64,000 nucleotides of DNA from Candidatus Latescibacterota bacterium (GCA_965217865.1 CBDCJO010000002.1:1440001-1504000); one strand, 5' to 3'; numbered from the stretch's first letter, positions 1 to 10,754 are shown. The notes: a model not told the origin generated them from the sequence alone. A program made the numbers and translations.

Positions 1-23
1 CGCGGCCGAATTAAAGTTTTGTT

Positions 24-2384
24 TCAAGAGGTTAATTGTTCTTCGCTCAAATCTGTGGGCAGAATAACCGTGAACGTCGTCCCCTTCCCAACCTCGCTCT
101 TCACCTGTATCTTTCCCCTGTGATCCTGAACAATCTGATAGCAGATCGATAACCCCAACCCAGTTCCCACACCCACGCCCTTGGTCGTAAACCCCGGATC
201 AAAAACCTTATCCAGATTCTCCTGTGGTATCCCTACACCACTATCCTGAATCGACACACGGACCCGCTCTTCCTGCAAAACCGTCCGAATCCTGATCTCA
301 CCCTTTCCTTCTATCGCGTGAGAAGCATTCACCAGAAGGTTCAAAAACACCTGATTCAACCGGCTGGGATAGCATACAATAGGGGGAATATCCCCATATT
401 CTTTTACCACTTCAATCCGGTTCTTAAGATCGTGGTGCACCAGCGGCAATGTGTTGTCGATCGCCTCGTGAATATCCACCTCTTTCAACTCCGCTTCATC
501 CAGCCTGGCAAATCTCCTCAAACTGCGCACGATCCCCGTCACACGCTCCGTGCCTGTGGCGATCACCCGGTTGGCATCTAAGATCACCTTCAACGACGTC
601 TGCATCGCCCGGTTCTCGTTGTATTCCTTTGGGAAGGTCGACGCCAGGGTGTCTTTCAGCTTCTCCACTGCACGCATGAGTGTATCGTGCATGCTGTTGA
701 TGGCGCCTATCGGTGTGTTGATCTCGTGGGCGATGCCTGCGACCAGATTTCCCAGGGATGCCATCTTCTCCGACTGTACCAACTGGGACTGGGTTTCTCT
801 CAGTTCCTGATTGGCTTTTTTTAGTTCCTCCGAAGCCGCCTTCTTGTCGGTAATGTCCCTGGCAATACCAATAAAGGAGATAACATTACCTTCCTCATCC
901 TTCAAACAGGATGCATTGGACGTATGCCACCGCAAGCTTCCGTCTTTATGTTTAACGCGATACTCGATTCCGCTCTGTTTCTTCCCTGTCTCAACCACTT
1001 TTTGAAGAAAATCCAAACACGCTTGCAGATCCTCCGGATGTATAAAAGGCGCAAATGACTTTCCCTCTGCCTCGGAAACATCGTATCCCAGGATGTCTGT
1101 CCAGTTAGGGGAAACATAAGTAAAGATGCCATCCGGTGTCAGGGAGTAGATTATATCATTTGCGTTCTCCACAATATTGCGGAACCGTTCTTCGCTCTCG
1201 GCCAGTGCCTCTTCCGCATGCTTCCGTTCAGTAATGTCGATGCCGGTGCCGATGATATGTTCAACAGAACCCTCGCTGTCGAGCAGCGCCGTGTTCGACC
1301 ACGTAATCAAGCGGCGGTCCCCCTCCTTTGTGACCCAGTAGTTTTCACCTTCATTCGGGAAGTAACCGGCTCGCAGTTCGTCAAAGATGGCTCGAACCCG
1401 TTCGACTTCTTCCGGGATCAGGAACAGGTCCCAGAACGGTTTCCCACTTACCTCGTCAAAAGTGTAGCCGGTGGTAAGCTCACACGCGCGGTTGAAGCGG
1501 ACTATCCGGCCTTGGGGATCCAGAACCACCACAAGGGCTCCGGCGGTATCCAGAACCGTGGAGACAAAATTCCGTTCGCTTTCCAGAGCCGCGTCGGCCT
1601 GTTTGTGCTCTGTAAAGTCTTCGCTCATACCGCAGATGCGGTAGATCTCGCCCGACTGATCCCGAATCGGAAAAGCGCGGGATCTCATCCAGCGGGTCGT
1701 TCCATCAGGCCGTAGAATCCGGAATTCCTGGCTCCCATCCGGGCCTACGATCCGGAACTCCTCATCTCGCATCTCGGTTTCGGGGCGACCTATTGCGGCC
1801 GACATTCTTTCGTGCACCCACCCACGGTCATCCGGATGGACGGCGCTCAGAAGGGATTCCGGATCATCGTAGAGGCTCTGGCGGCTGCGCCCGAAGATCT
1901 TCTCATAAGCCTGGCTGACATAGACAATTCGTCCCGTCTTAACATCCCGTATCCAGAAAACTTCATCTATGTTCTCCGTCAACTGCCGAAACAGGGTCTC
2001 ACTTTCCCGAAGCGCCTCCTCCGCCCTCTTTCGCTCGGTAATATCGTAGAGTCCACCGATAATAACAGGTTCTCCGTCCAATTTCGAAATAACCAGGGAG
2101 AAAATGGTCCAGAGAACCTGTCCGTCTTTATCCTTGATGCGCACCTCGTGGTCCTGCAAATACCCATCTTCCGTCAGACGCTTCAACACATATTTCCGAT
2201 CGTCGGGATCCGCATAAAAGTCGGGCGTTTCCCGCCCGATCAGCTCATCCGGCGTCAGGCCCACCAGTTCCCCGAGGTGTTTATTAGCATACAGGATTTT
2301 TCCGTCGGATACCCGGCTGATTATCAGGGGAATCGGAGAGGCCTCAAGAAGGACCCGAAGCTGTTGATCGGAACGATTCATCAT
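24..2384 (-). CDS. Multi-PAS sensor histidine kinase (4 PAS/PAC + HisKA + HATPase_c)
   Basis: Four PAS/PAC repeats ending DITERK-like; H-box SEKMASLGNLVAGIAHEINTP; N-box NQVFLNLLVNA; G-boxes DSGVGI and GTGLGLSI. Start placed at ATG 2384 behind GGTGGTGA; the ORF extends to 2414. Confidence 0.95.
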   Translation of the reverse strand: MMNRSDQQLRVLLEASPIPLIISRVSDGKILYANKHLGELVGLTPDELIGRETPDFYADPDDRKYVLKRLTEDGYLQDHEVRIKDKDGQVLWTIFSLVISKLDGEPVIIGGLYDITERKRAEEALRESETLFRQLTENIDEVFWIRDVKTGRIVYVSQAYEKIFGRSRQSLYDDPESLLSAVHPDDRGWVHERMSAAIGRPETEMRDEEFRIVGPDGSQEFRILRPDGTTRWMRSRAFPIRDQSGEIYRICGMSEDFTEHKQADAALESERNFVSTVLDTAGALVVVLDPQGRIVRFNRACELTTGYTFDEVSGKPFWDLFLIPEEVERVRAIFDELRAGYFPNEGENYWVTKEGDRRLITWSNTALLDSEGSVEHIIGTGIDITERKHAEEALAESEERFRNIVENANDIIYSLTPDGIFTYVSPNWTDILGYDVSEAEGKSFAPFIHPEDLQACLDFLQKVVETGKKQSGIEYRVKHKDGSLRWHTSNASCLKDEEGNVISFIGIARDITDKKAASEELKKANQELRETQSQLVQSEKMASLGNLVAGIAHEINTPIGAINSMHDTLMRAVEKLKDTLASTFPKEYNENRAMQTSLKVILDANRVIATGTERVTGIVRSLRRFARLDEAELKEVDIHEAIDNTLPLVHHDLKNRIEVVKEYGDIPPIVCYPSRLNQVFLNLLVNASHAIEGKGEIRIRTVLQEERVRVSIQDSGVGIPQENLDKVFDPGFTTKGVGVGTGLGLSICYQIVQDHRGKIQVKSEVGKGTTFTVILPTDLSEEQLTS

Positions 2385-2415
2385 AGGATCACCACCCATC
2401 ATCCAGCATTTCAAT

Positions 2416-4203
2416 TTACCCGTCGGTCGGTCGGGAGAAATAGCGGCCCTCGCCCATGGGAAAACCGTCGTGCGACTTCAACGGGATCTGGCGGAAGTAA
2501 TCGTCGCCCTTGCCTTCCCATCCGGCCAGCTCCTCCTTGTGCCCCAGGCGCTTGACGAACGCCCATTCACTCGCACGGTAATACCGGGTGAACGAATCCC
2601 AGAGCGCAAATCCGTCCGCGCCGGCATCGTAGTAGGTTATCGCTATTTTTCTGTACTGTCGCGGAGGCTGCCGCCGCGGGTAGATGTCGGCCATGATTTT
2701 CGTGCGGGTGCCTTTTGCCGCTTTCGCATATGCCTGGATGACTTCTCGATACGGCGATCCATCGTGCTCCCCGTAGAAGTGCAGGTGCAGCACGAGGTAG
2801 TCCACCAGTCCCTCCTTGATCCACGTGTCGGCGTCCAGGGATGCGTGCAGGGGCTCGTCGAACGGATGCACCCCCATTTCCGGGGAAAACCCGGGCTGCG
2901 CGTTGCCGTACGGCACGAGGTAGCAGTTCGGTATGTAGCGTCCCTGCTTTTGACCCACTTCGTCCAGCATGGTCCGCACCTCCCGTAGAAGCTGCGTCAC
3001 AAAGCCCGCCCGCACCTTCCAGGTCCGCCGGTCGTCCTGCGGTACCTGGGTCATATCCTCCCCATATTCCTCACGGAACCTCTCGCAGACCGGCTGCTCG
3101 TAGTAGGTGAAGGGGTAGGAGCGACCGAACAGCAGGTTGATGCCGTCGGCCTGGTAGTCTTCAGCCCACTCCCGGCACATGCGGACGTAAAAATCCCGCA
3201 CTCCCTCGAACGCGAACGAAAGATGCCGTGTGGGCTTGCCGTCCGGATAGCAAGCCATCCACTCCGGGTGATCGGCCATGAGCTGGCCGCCCTGGTGACG
3301 ACGGATGTGCTGGATGGGATACTGAGGGCCTTCGAATCGACACTGGGGGAAAAGCTTCACGCCGCAGTCGTGCGCGGCCACGATGGCCTGTTTGAGAGGA
3401 TCGATCCCTTTCGCCAACAGCCGCTGGACCGCCTTGCCGATGCCGTACGCGCCGTCGGACTCTGGCACTTCTCCCACCTTCGTGGGATAGAACGCGATGG
3501 GACCATACGCCATCGCGTAGAGGGCGATGTCGAAATCGCTGTCGCGCAGGCACTCGAACTCCGCGATGAAGTCCTCGGGCGTGGATACGTTCCACTGTTG
3601 CAGATTCCAGCCGTCGTAGTTCCCGATCAGTCGTTTCGTGTCTTCCCGCGGCTGCTCCTTTTCGAATTCGGCAAGGGCGGCCGCGTCGAGGGGCACGAGC
3701 CGGACGTATGCGATATTGGCCTCTTGATCCATTGAGGTACCGATGCTGTACGCAACCTCTACCCGCACCTCCTCCTCATCGGGCGTCATAGGCCCGGAGA
3801 TGATCAGGTCCTGACCTTGCAGGTCGGCCACCTTCCAGAACGCCTCGGAGATATGGTCGATCTTGATGACCTTTTCGGGGTAGTTCCCGTCCTTCTCGGG
3901 ACGGAGACCCTCGTTCATGATGCGCGAGAAGGAGGCGTCCGAACTGAGCTTGAGCTGTAGAACGCGGTCGGATACGAACCCGGGCCCCGAACCGTAATGG
4001 ACGCCCACATAGATCGCGTGCGGACCGGTCACGTTCAGGGCCAGGCGAAGCGAAGGCGTTCGCCGTCCGGGGGCCGCGTAGAGCATCACGCCCTCGCCCT
4101 GCTCAATTTCGTAGTCCACGGCGATCCACGTGCCGGGCTGGCCGTCGCTGGTGATCGCCTCCCTCGGGGTGCAGCGTGTCAGGTCGGTTATCCAAGTTTC
4201 CAT
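2416..4203 (-). CDS. Uncharacterised glycoside-hydrolase-like protein (N-terminal beta domain + GHL10/DUF187-like TIM barrel), paralog 1
   Basis: 595 aa; motifs DPLK..AAHDCG, HPEW, LSFAFEGVR, Y.ADGINL, ADIYPRRQ, DAGADGF.LWD; clearly homologous to 42168-43910 and 61480-63231; RBS AGGAGAG. Confidence 0.75.
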   Translation of the reverse strand: METWITDLTRCTPREAITSDGQPGTWIAVDYEIEQGEGVMLYAAPGRRTPSLRLALNVTGPHAIYVGVHYGSGPGFVSDRVLQLKLSSDASFSRIMNEGLRPEKDGNYPEKVIKIDHISEAFWKVADLQGQDLIISGPMTPDEEEVRVEVAYSIGTSMDQEANIAYVRLVPLDAAALAEFEKEQPREDTKRLIGNYDGWNLQQWNVSTPEDFIAEFECLRDSDFDIALYAMAYGPIAFYPTKVGEVPESDGAYGIGKAVQRLLAKGIDPLKQAIVAAHDCGVKLFPQCRFEGPQYPIQHIRRHQGGQLMADHPEWMACYPDGKPTRHLSFAFEGVRDFYVRMCREWAEDYQADGINLLFGRSYPFTYYEQPVCERFREEYGEDMTQVPQDDRRTWKVRAGFVTQLLREVRTMLDEVGQKQGRYIPNCYLVPYGNAQPGFSPEMGVHPFDEPLHASLDADTWIKEGLVDYLVLHLHFYGEHDGSPYREVIQAYAKAAKGTRTKIMADIYPRRQPPRQYRKIAITYYDAGADGFALWDSFTRYYRASEWAFVKRLGHKEELAGWEGKGDDYFRQIPLKSHDGFPMGEGRYFSRPTDG

Positions 4204-4356
4204 GTGTGTCTCTCCTGAGGATTAGCGGAGGTGGGGATGCGCCGAAGCTGGCCAACCCCGTGTCGTATGCGCAGCCTGGATTGCTCTTCTGACCAGACGA
4301 ATTCGTTTCGTGATACGACCAACATTTTTCGGATCCAGTAAAATTTCTCGAGATGA

Positions 4357-5795
4357 TCAAACAAGCTTTTGAATTAAATTGGACACTTGCTCGACCACCT
4401 TTTGCTCAGTTTCTGGAAGGAAGGCCACCGGTAAGGTATAGGCTTGAGCCATCAAGTCAGGTAAGGCGTAGCGTTCGTTTATTTTCCACCCACCAGCCGG
4501 ATAATCTTCGGCACGGGGCAGGTAGGCGACGCAACCATTGGAATACCCCAAGAATTGGGTATGCTTGAAGGCCGATTTGGTTTTGATGGCCAGCCCCGTT
4601 TGAAAGAACGCCTCTAGGCTGATGCTAGACAGGACAATATCGTTGATCCGAATAGCCTGGATGACGGCATCCAGCGGCGGATTTCCCTGCTGCACGGCTA
4701 CAACCAGCTTGTCCGCCCAGTCGGCGAAGCGCATGGCCACGCTAATTTCCCAATCTCTGGCATCATTGGCCCGGTCATCGGCCAGCTTTTGCTTCCACTC
4801 TTGTTGAACAGCCTCCGCCTCTGCCAGCGAGGGCAGATCCATAAATTCCAGCTTGATTGTTTCATCAATAGCGCCCAGATAGGTTGCGGTATCGCCCTCT
4901 ATTGGATCCCAGGGCCAGAACAAGATATTGGGAATGGCGCCCATCGGCTTTCTTTCCTTCCCACGCTGGACATTGGTTCGGATATTGGCCGCCACTTTGA
5001 CTACTTCACCACCCAGAATCAAACCCGTCCGATTTTTCGTGTCACGACAATCCACCTCGTAGCCGATGCCGTGGATAGGATTGACATTACCGCCACAAGC
5101 CTGCAAGAATATGGCCAACCCGCCAAAAGTATTTTCGGCCAACTCGCGAGCCGGACCTGGAAAGTCAGATGAGATCACCGTTGAGCGAGGTCCCATTGTT
5201 ACCGTGTGGCAGCCATAACTGAACAAGATAGCGATGGCCTGACCCTCTAAATCGTCAACGCGGATAACACCCACAGCCGTATCGATTGGTACATTGGGAT
5301 CTTCGCCCAGGACATCACGGCCATCGCCGCGGGGCTCACGCCGATAAATACCGATATGGGCCTCGCCCCAATCCGCGCCGGCTGTAGATGTTGGTTCGCC
5401 TCAACGGCTGCCTCCACAAGCCAACCGATCAGCTTATTTTTATAAGCATATTGGATTCTCAAATTCTCCTGCGAATCCGGACCGAAATCAGGCAAAGACG
5501 GACCACTATGGGTGTGGCTACAATTTATTAAGACGCAGGATGCTGGGGTACCCACTGCCTCCCCGATCCGGCGCCGGACTTCGTGCGCAACCGGCATATA
5601 AAGGTGGAGTATATCTATGCCGATGATGACCACTTTGCAGGTCTGATTGGAAAGGACGACCGCCGTCGCGGTCAGGTCTGTTTCAAGGGCCTGAAGCGGG
5701 TCGGCAAACAATCGGATACCCGGTCGTTTGATGCCCAAAGGCGGGTTAATAATCTTTCGGGCGGCGCCTGCGTATAGTGTGTTTGACATACTCAT
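4357..5795 (-). pseudogene. Neutral/alkaline ceramidase-like amidohydrolase, split by a frameshift near 5365
   Basis: N-part (5247-5795) has AGAARKIINPP and INCSHTHSGP; C-part (4357-5274) has YGCHTV, SSDFPG, LQACGGNVNP, GYSNG. The frame changes at CGG ATT GGG GCG AGG, where the other frame reads WGEAHIGIYRRE. Confidence 0.8.
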
Positions 5796-5821
5796 CTTTT
5801 ATTCTGGAAGTATACTGCAGT

Positions 5822-6460
5822 TTAGCTCTTTTCCGATACGATGTTTGAGTAGAGCAAAGTGGGCGGTTCTTCCTTGACTATTATCTCCAGTAAGTCAAAT
5901 GTTTCGCAGAACTGCCGCAATTTTTGTTCGCAATGAGCGGCCTCTTCTCGCGTTTCTGCGGTCTTTTCTACTTCTACCAATAAGGGCCATTTCAAGTCCG
6001 CACTATGCATGAGTTTGACATCGAGTCCCAACGGTTCAAAAAATCCAACATAGTTGTTGCCAGTAAATGACATGAACCGTTCATACCCCAGTAAACCCAG
6101 CTTTAAATCGAGATCTTGAGGTGACCTAATATCCTTCTCGCCATTGAGAAACTGCAGAATTTGGCTCTCAATGATGCCGTTGGTTACCTCCTCGCCGATT
6201 TCCTGGCGAATATTAGCGAATTCACCCTGGTCAGGTCCTTTCCAGGCAAAGAACCATCTTATTTTCTCATCCAATACAACTTTGCTGAGCCTGAGAAGTT
6301 CTCCTGATTTGAAAAGTTCCTGCCCATAAATCGTGGTCTGCCATTTGCCGTCATGCTGCAAAATTGAACGCAGAAACGGCAATACTCGGTATACTTCTTG
6401 GTGGTTTTGGAAACGAAATCTGATTTCCACTTCGTATGAGATATTTGGAACAGTCGTCAA
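5822..6460 (-). CDS. CYTH-like (triphosphate tunnel metalloenzyme) domain protein
   Basis: N-terminal YEVEIRF (ExExK/R-like), LLRL, WKGP, RQEI and C-terminal VEVE motifs. Confidence 0.65.
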   Translation of the reverse strand: MTTVPNISYEVEIRFRFQNHQEVYRVLPFLRSILQHDGKWQTTIYGQELFKSGELLRLSKVVLDEKIRWFFAWKGPDQGEFANIRQEIGEEVTNGIIESQILQFLNGEKDIRSPQDLDLKLGLLGYERFMSFTGNNYVGFFEPLGLDVKLMHSADLKWPLLVEVEKTAETREEAAHCEQKLRQFCETFDLLEIIVKEEPPTLLYSNIVSEKS

Positions 6461-6514
6461 GATCTTAAATTCCTGATGAAGTCGAAGCTGATTTCTCTAC
6501 GCCATTCGACACAC

Positions 6515-6907
6515 TCACAGCTGCCGTTGACCGAGGCAATAGCACAACCCATCCGGTGCCACAACGAAGAACACGCGGAAGGATACATCGCCGTGTTTGT
6601 CGATCCGAAAATTGGGGTCATCATGTTCCAGTCCATTGTTCTTCAATTCGTTGAAGGCGGCTTCGACATCATCCACTTCGAAAAAACAACCTTCCTGGGT
6701 CGGATCGCCTCCATTTTCTGCCAGGCCCATCCGGATGTCGTCTCTTGCGAGAACAGCGGATTTACAAGGCGAATCCTGCCGGGATGTGACCTGAAATCCC
6801 ATGATTGTTTCATAAAAAGGGATGGCTTCATCCAGTTTCTCAACCGGCAGGTTCATGGCGTCTTTGAGATATGGCGAAGCAGTTTTGAATACAGCTTTAG
6901 TTTCCAT
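6515..6907 (-). CDS. VOC/glyoxalase family protein
   Basis: 130 aa; LPVEKLDEAIPFYETIMGF, FFEVDDVE, APDG motifs; RBS GGAGA. Confidence 0.85.
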   Translation of the reverse strand: METKAVFKTASPYLKDAMNLPVEKLDEAIPFYETIMGFQVTSRQDSPCKSAVLARDDIRMGLAENGGDPTQEGCFFEVDDVEAAFNELKNNGLEHDDPNFRIDKHGDVSFRVFFVVAPDGLCYCLGQRQL

Positions 6908-6981
6908 GCTTTTCTCCGTTAATTTTTATCGATTATATTACATATTGAAGATATCGTTTGCCCCGAATTGGGTAGACCAAC

Positions 6982-7345
6982 TCACGGCTGTTGTCGGAGT
7001 TCAAATCCATTACCTTCGCAATCCTTAAAAGTGGCGACCCTTACGGGTACGCCGCCTCTGGGTTCGCGTAGTTCGATCAAGCGCCCTCCAAGACTCTCTA
7101 TATCGGCCTGAATCTCTTCAATGTTGTCTACTTCAAGATTCAGCCCTGCGTGAGGCAAAGGGCCGGCCCTCCGGTTCACTCGAGTGCGAAAGAATGTGCA
7201 GCGCTAATTCGATGGGGCCGAAATCCAGAGTCGTCCAGCCGGGAGACTCGAACGAAAGCTTGGCGTCGAACGCCCTCGTGTAGAAGTTCTTCGCGCGATC
7301 CATGTCGTGCACGTAGTGGATCACGATCGGATTCTTTGCCTTCAT
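6982..7345 (-). pseudogene. VOC/glyoxalase family protein, frameshifted by a 4-bp duplication (GGCC-GGCC, ~7162-7169)
   Basis: N-half YVHDMDRAKNFY...ELALH and C-half LNLEVDNIE...DCEGNGFEL are in different frames; removing one GGCC restores EGPLPHAG. Confidence 0.8.
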
Positions 7346-7373
7346 GTGACCTCTGCCAGGATGAAAGTGGAAG

Positions 7374-7865
7374 TCATGAGAGATTGAGCGCTCGATCAAC
7401 CACACCTCCAAGGTGTCTTAGTTTTTTGTATACAGGCTGCAGTACTGCCGCGATTTTGAGATCTTCAAACGGTGTATGACATTTGATTGGTTGAAATGAT
7501 TTCGGTGAAAGTGCGTACCCATCCCATTCCTTCATCTTAGAAGCCCCGAATTCAATTAATTGGCGATTTACATCGGTTCTACGAACTCCAAAGGAATCAA
7601 GCGAGGTTTCTATATGAAACGCAGTCGAAACAGAGCCCCTTTCTATGTCGGCGTTGCCGATCCAGGATTCGAAATGGATCAATTCGTGCCAGTTCTTCTT
7701 GTACATGAGCAAAAAAACGCCGCGAATTTTCGGCTTCCCATAGAAGTCTGCGTTGATTGACCAATCGGATGCCCACTTTTGCCGATTGAGTTCTGCGACC
7801 ACTTTTTTCAGCTCATCAAGGTAAGGCTTAAACTTGACTCGGTTGTCGGAATCTTTCTTGGCCAT
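7374..7865 (-). CDS. Hypothetical protein
   Basis: 163-aa ORF with strong RBS GGAGGAG; no family recognised. Confidence 0.65.
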   Translation of the reverse strand: MAKKDSDNRVKFKPYLDELKKVVAELNRQKWASDWSINADFYGKPKIRGVFLLMYKKNWHELIHFESWIGNADIERGSVSTAFHIETSLDSFGVRRTDVNRQLIEFGASKMKEWDGYALSPKSFQPIKCHTPFEDLKIAAVLQPVYKKLRHLGGVVDRALNLS

Positions 7866-8019
7866 ATGCTCCTCCGAAATACGTGGGTGAGTTTACACCC
7901 GCATAATTCAATGCCGTGCACCCAGCCCGCGGGTTCAGAAATCTGCTGTCGTCGCTGTCTGGATACCACCTCCGGCCTTACCAAGGACGGCTAGGCCGCG
8001 AATCGCTGGATGTGAATCA

Positions 8020-8054
8020 GAAAATGCCCGCCAAATAAGCGATCTGGCAGGCAT
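8020..8054 (-). terminator. Probable intrinsic terminator downstream of hicA
   Basis: Minus strand ATGCCTGCCA-loop-TGGCGGGCAT followed by TTTCT. Confidence 0.45.
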
Positions 8055-8085
8055 CTTCTCTTTGGAAGTCCTCTTGACATTCAGG

Positions 8086-8273
8086 TCATCTGGTAGGCGG
8101 AATGCCTAAGTCTTTACAAATCTTCCTAGCAAGATCGTTATCAATCTCGTTATGTCGGGGAACCGCCGATCTCTTGTTTTGGACTGGATTCCACCACCAC
8201 GAGTGCCTACCACCTTCTCGAACAAACTCACACCCCTGATCGCTTAATATCGAAGCAAATCTCCGCGCTTCAT
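8086..8273 (-). pseudogene. hicA: HicA-family toxin, 1-bp deletion near codon 10
   Basis: ATG at 8273 overlaps the hicB stop (ATGA). Reads MKRGDLLRY* and continues in another frame LSDQGCEFVREGGRHSWW...VPRHNEI...KICKDLGIP, the HicA signature. Confidence 0.85.
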
Positions 8274-8482
8274 ATGTTGATGGATTCTTCGATATAATCA
8301 TCGCCTGCAGCCTCAAGTGCTTCACGGCGGTTCCACTCAAGAGCCTCACGAAGTGAGATACGCAAGGTCTCCAAAAGCTCCTCTTTAGTCGCTTCCTGGC
8401 AATTAATGCCTTGAACTTCCTCAATCCAGCCAATCCACCAATCACCCGATTTCTTGGTCACAGCCGTGTAAGCCTCTTGCAT
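8270..8482 (-). CDS. hicB: HicB-family antitoxin (short form)
   Basis: YTAVTKKSGDWWIGWIEEVQGINCQEATKEELLETL; RBS GAGGAG; translationally coupled to hicA. Confidence 0.85.
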   Translation of the reverse strand: MQEAYTAVTKKSGDWWIGWIEEVQGINCQEATKEELLETLRISLREALEWNRREALEAAGDDYIEESINI

Positions 8483-8530
8483 TTCTATCTCCTCTCTCAA
8501 TCACAATATAGACAACTTTTGCTGGTGTAA

Positions 8531-8559
8531 AATGTACCCTCATCCACATGGCTTGTCAA
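8531..8559 (-). promoter_or_regulatory. Sigma70-type promoter of hicBA
   Basis: TTGACA-17 bp-TACATT about 50 bp upstream of the hicB ATG. Confidence 0.65.
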
Positions 8560-8620
8560 TAGATCATCTACGGCTGTGTACGATGCCCCGCCGACCGAGA
8601 TGACGATGAGCCGAGGAGGT

Positions 8621-9240
8621 TTAGCGACTCCTCATGAACGCGAGTCCCCGCCTGATCCGATCGTCCGGATCGTCGCCGCCCGGAAACTCGAAGCAGTAGA
8701 TAATCCTCTGAGGCAGCGCGTCGAGCGCCGCGAAAATCTCCGTCATCGGCAGGTCGCCTTCACCGGGCACGCTGGTGCCGCCCTCGCTCGGATCCTTGAC
8801 GTGCACGTATGCAGCGCGATCCCCGATGGCATCGATCGCCTCCAGCAGATCCTGATTCCAACCCGCGTAATTCCCGGTGTCGATGTTGGTCTTGAGCGTT
8901 GGCACCGGAAAATGGTCCAGGACCGCCTGAATCTCAGCCAGCGTTCCTCCGGGCTCGTTCGCATAGTTTTCGAGAGCGATAAGTATGCCCTTCGTCTCGG
9001 CGCGATCGATCACGGCTTTCGCATTTTCCCACGCCGGGTCGTTCGCATCTTCGGGCACGGGTCCGCTGAAGATACGAAGGAACGGCGATCCGATCTCTGC
9101 GGCCGTATCGACGTCGGCCAGCAGGAGATCGTAGTCCTCCCCCTCGCAGACGCCGCAATTCAACACCATCGACGCCGAGCTCGCCTGCCTTTTCAACCAG
9201 TTCCATCACGGTCAGTTTTTTAGACTCTATTGCGTCCGTG
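8621..9240 (-). pseudogene. Sugar-phosphate isomerase/epimerase (xylose-isomerase-like TIM barrel) remnant
   Basis: IALEN, TNIDTGN, VHVKD, PGEGD and CFEF motifs in 8621-9150. The N-terminal piece ELVEKAGELGVDGVELR is in another frame, with an apparent internal deletion and no proper start. Confidence 0.7.
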
Positions 9241-9346
9241 TTAGCGATTTGTCAGCGAGCCAGCATCAATTCGATTTCGACGAGGCACTCATGCGAGCCT
9301 GTAGCAGTTTCAGACGTTGGGTTAAAATAGAGAAATATCGAAACCT

Positions 9347-10144
9347 TTACGATTCCTTTATCGCTTCAACCTCAAGCCTTACCATCTGAACATGCGCTAG
9401 CCCATCTTTATCAACAGGATAACAATCCAGATATCGGTCTATCAGTTGTGTAGTGAAGCTGCTTCGCTCAGAGTCAGGAACCCTTTGTGTATAAGGAATC
9501 CAAGTCGTACGAAACCAGGCTTCAAGTCCCTCACGTCCCAGATGAGTCATGTCCTTCGGGATCAATTCTACACGTACAGGCTTCAAACCTAAATCAGCCA
9601 ACCAGGATTGATAATCCTCCGCATCATAAAATCCATACGGGAAAGTGAAATCAACAAAATAGTCACACCATTGGCTCAATGCCATCATTTCTTCGAGTAC
9701 GCTGATAATCCCAGCACCATTCCCTTTCCCTCCCATCTGAAGGAGAATACAACCACCTGGACGAAGGCTTTGTGCAATCCCTTTCAACACGGGTTGATGA
9801 TCAAGAATCCAGTGCATTGTGGCATTTGAGAAAACAACATCAAATGTATTCTCAAACGGCAGACTGCGTGCATCGGCTTGGAGAAATTGGAGGTTTGCAA
9901 ACTGGTTCTTCGAATACCGAGTTCGAGCCAGAGTTATCATTTCTTCGGAACTATCTATTCCAACCGCCAAACCTCCGTTCAAAATCTCAGCAATCTCTGC
10001 GGTTACTTTTCCATCCCCACTTCCAATATCCAAAAGATGTTCCACGCCTTTAAGGTTGAGCTTGGCGATCAATTCCTTTGCCCATTTGTGCTGTGCAGAA
10101 GAACTCCTTTCATAGTCAGCGGCATCCCAGGCATATGACTTCAT
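9347..10144 (-). CDS. Class I SAM-dependent methyltransferase (trans-aconitate methyltransferase-like)
   Basis: LLDIGSGDG, GIDSSEEM, FDVVFSNATMHW, LRPGG. Confidence 0.9.
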   Translation of the reverse strand: MKSYAWDAADYERSSSAQHKWAKELIAKLNLKGVEHLLDIGSGDGKVTAEIAEILNGGLAVGIDSSEEMITLARTRYSKNQFANLQFLQADARSLPFENTFDVVFSNATMHWILDHQPVLKGIAQSLRPGGCILLQMGGKGNGAGIISVLEEMMALSQWCDYFVDFTFPYGFYDAEDYQSWLADLGLKPVRVELIPKDMTHLGREGLEAWFRTTWIPYTQRVPDSERSSFTTQLIDRYLDCYPVDKDGLAHVQMVRLEVEAIKES

Positions 10145-10148
10145 TCAC

Positions 10149-10754
10149 TCACCCTTTTTCGATCTGTTCGCTTTCGCCTTTCAATCTCTCCAGCACGACT
10201 TTCCCACGAGGTGAGAGCCGATAGCCCGTTTCGAGACTCTCTGTCAAACCCAGGTTCTTCAGCTTTCGAACGTTTTGCTTGAACTTCACCTTCTGCTGGT
10301 CGACTATTGGTGCAAGATCCCCGGCTCGAACGGCCGCGTTGATGCCGATCAGTTCTAATACTTTCTTAGTCCACGGACCTGCCCGACTGGCCTTGTCCAG
10401 GCGTTTCAGTCGCCGCTCCACATCCTGCCACTCGTGCGCGGTCAACTCTCTCCGCTGCCGGAGTTCGATCCGTGGATCCGGGCCCGCCACTCGAAACCGA
10501 ATGCGGAACAATTTCCCTTCAAGTCGTTCGCTCAGTTCCTCCAACACTTTGTCCACACTGTCGTACCCGGCCTCGATGGCCTCCGCTTCCGTGATCTCGT
10601 CCTCTTTCACGACTTCCACGGAATCGATACTGAGCAAACCGACTGCGGTCTTCAGGAATCCTCCTCGCTTTACCGACGGCCGATTCCACTTTCGGAACGC
10701 CAATGTGATTTTACCATGTTCAATTCGATCCAGCACTTCCTTTCTAAACAGCAT
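10149..10754 (-). CDS. ASCH-like domain protein with C-terminal winged helix
   Basis: GKITLAFRKW.RP.VK.G, ITEAEAIEAG; C-terminal FKQNVRKLKNLGLTESLETGYRLSPRG. Confidence 0.75.
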   Translation of the reverse strand: MLFRKEVLDRIEHGKITLAFRKWNRPSVKRGGFLKTAVGLLSIDSVEVVKEDEITEAEAIEAGYDSVDKVLEELSERLEGKLFRIRFRVAGPDPRIELRQRRELTAHEWQDVERRLKRLDKASRAGPWTKKVLELIGINAAVRAGDLAPIVDQQKVKFKQNVRKLKNLGLTESLETGYRLSPRGKVVLERLKGESEQIEKG

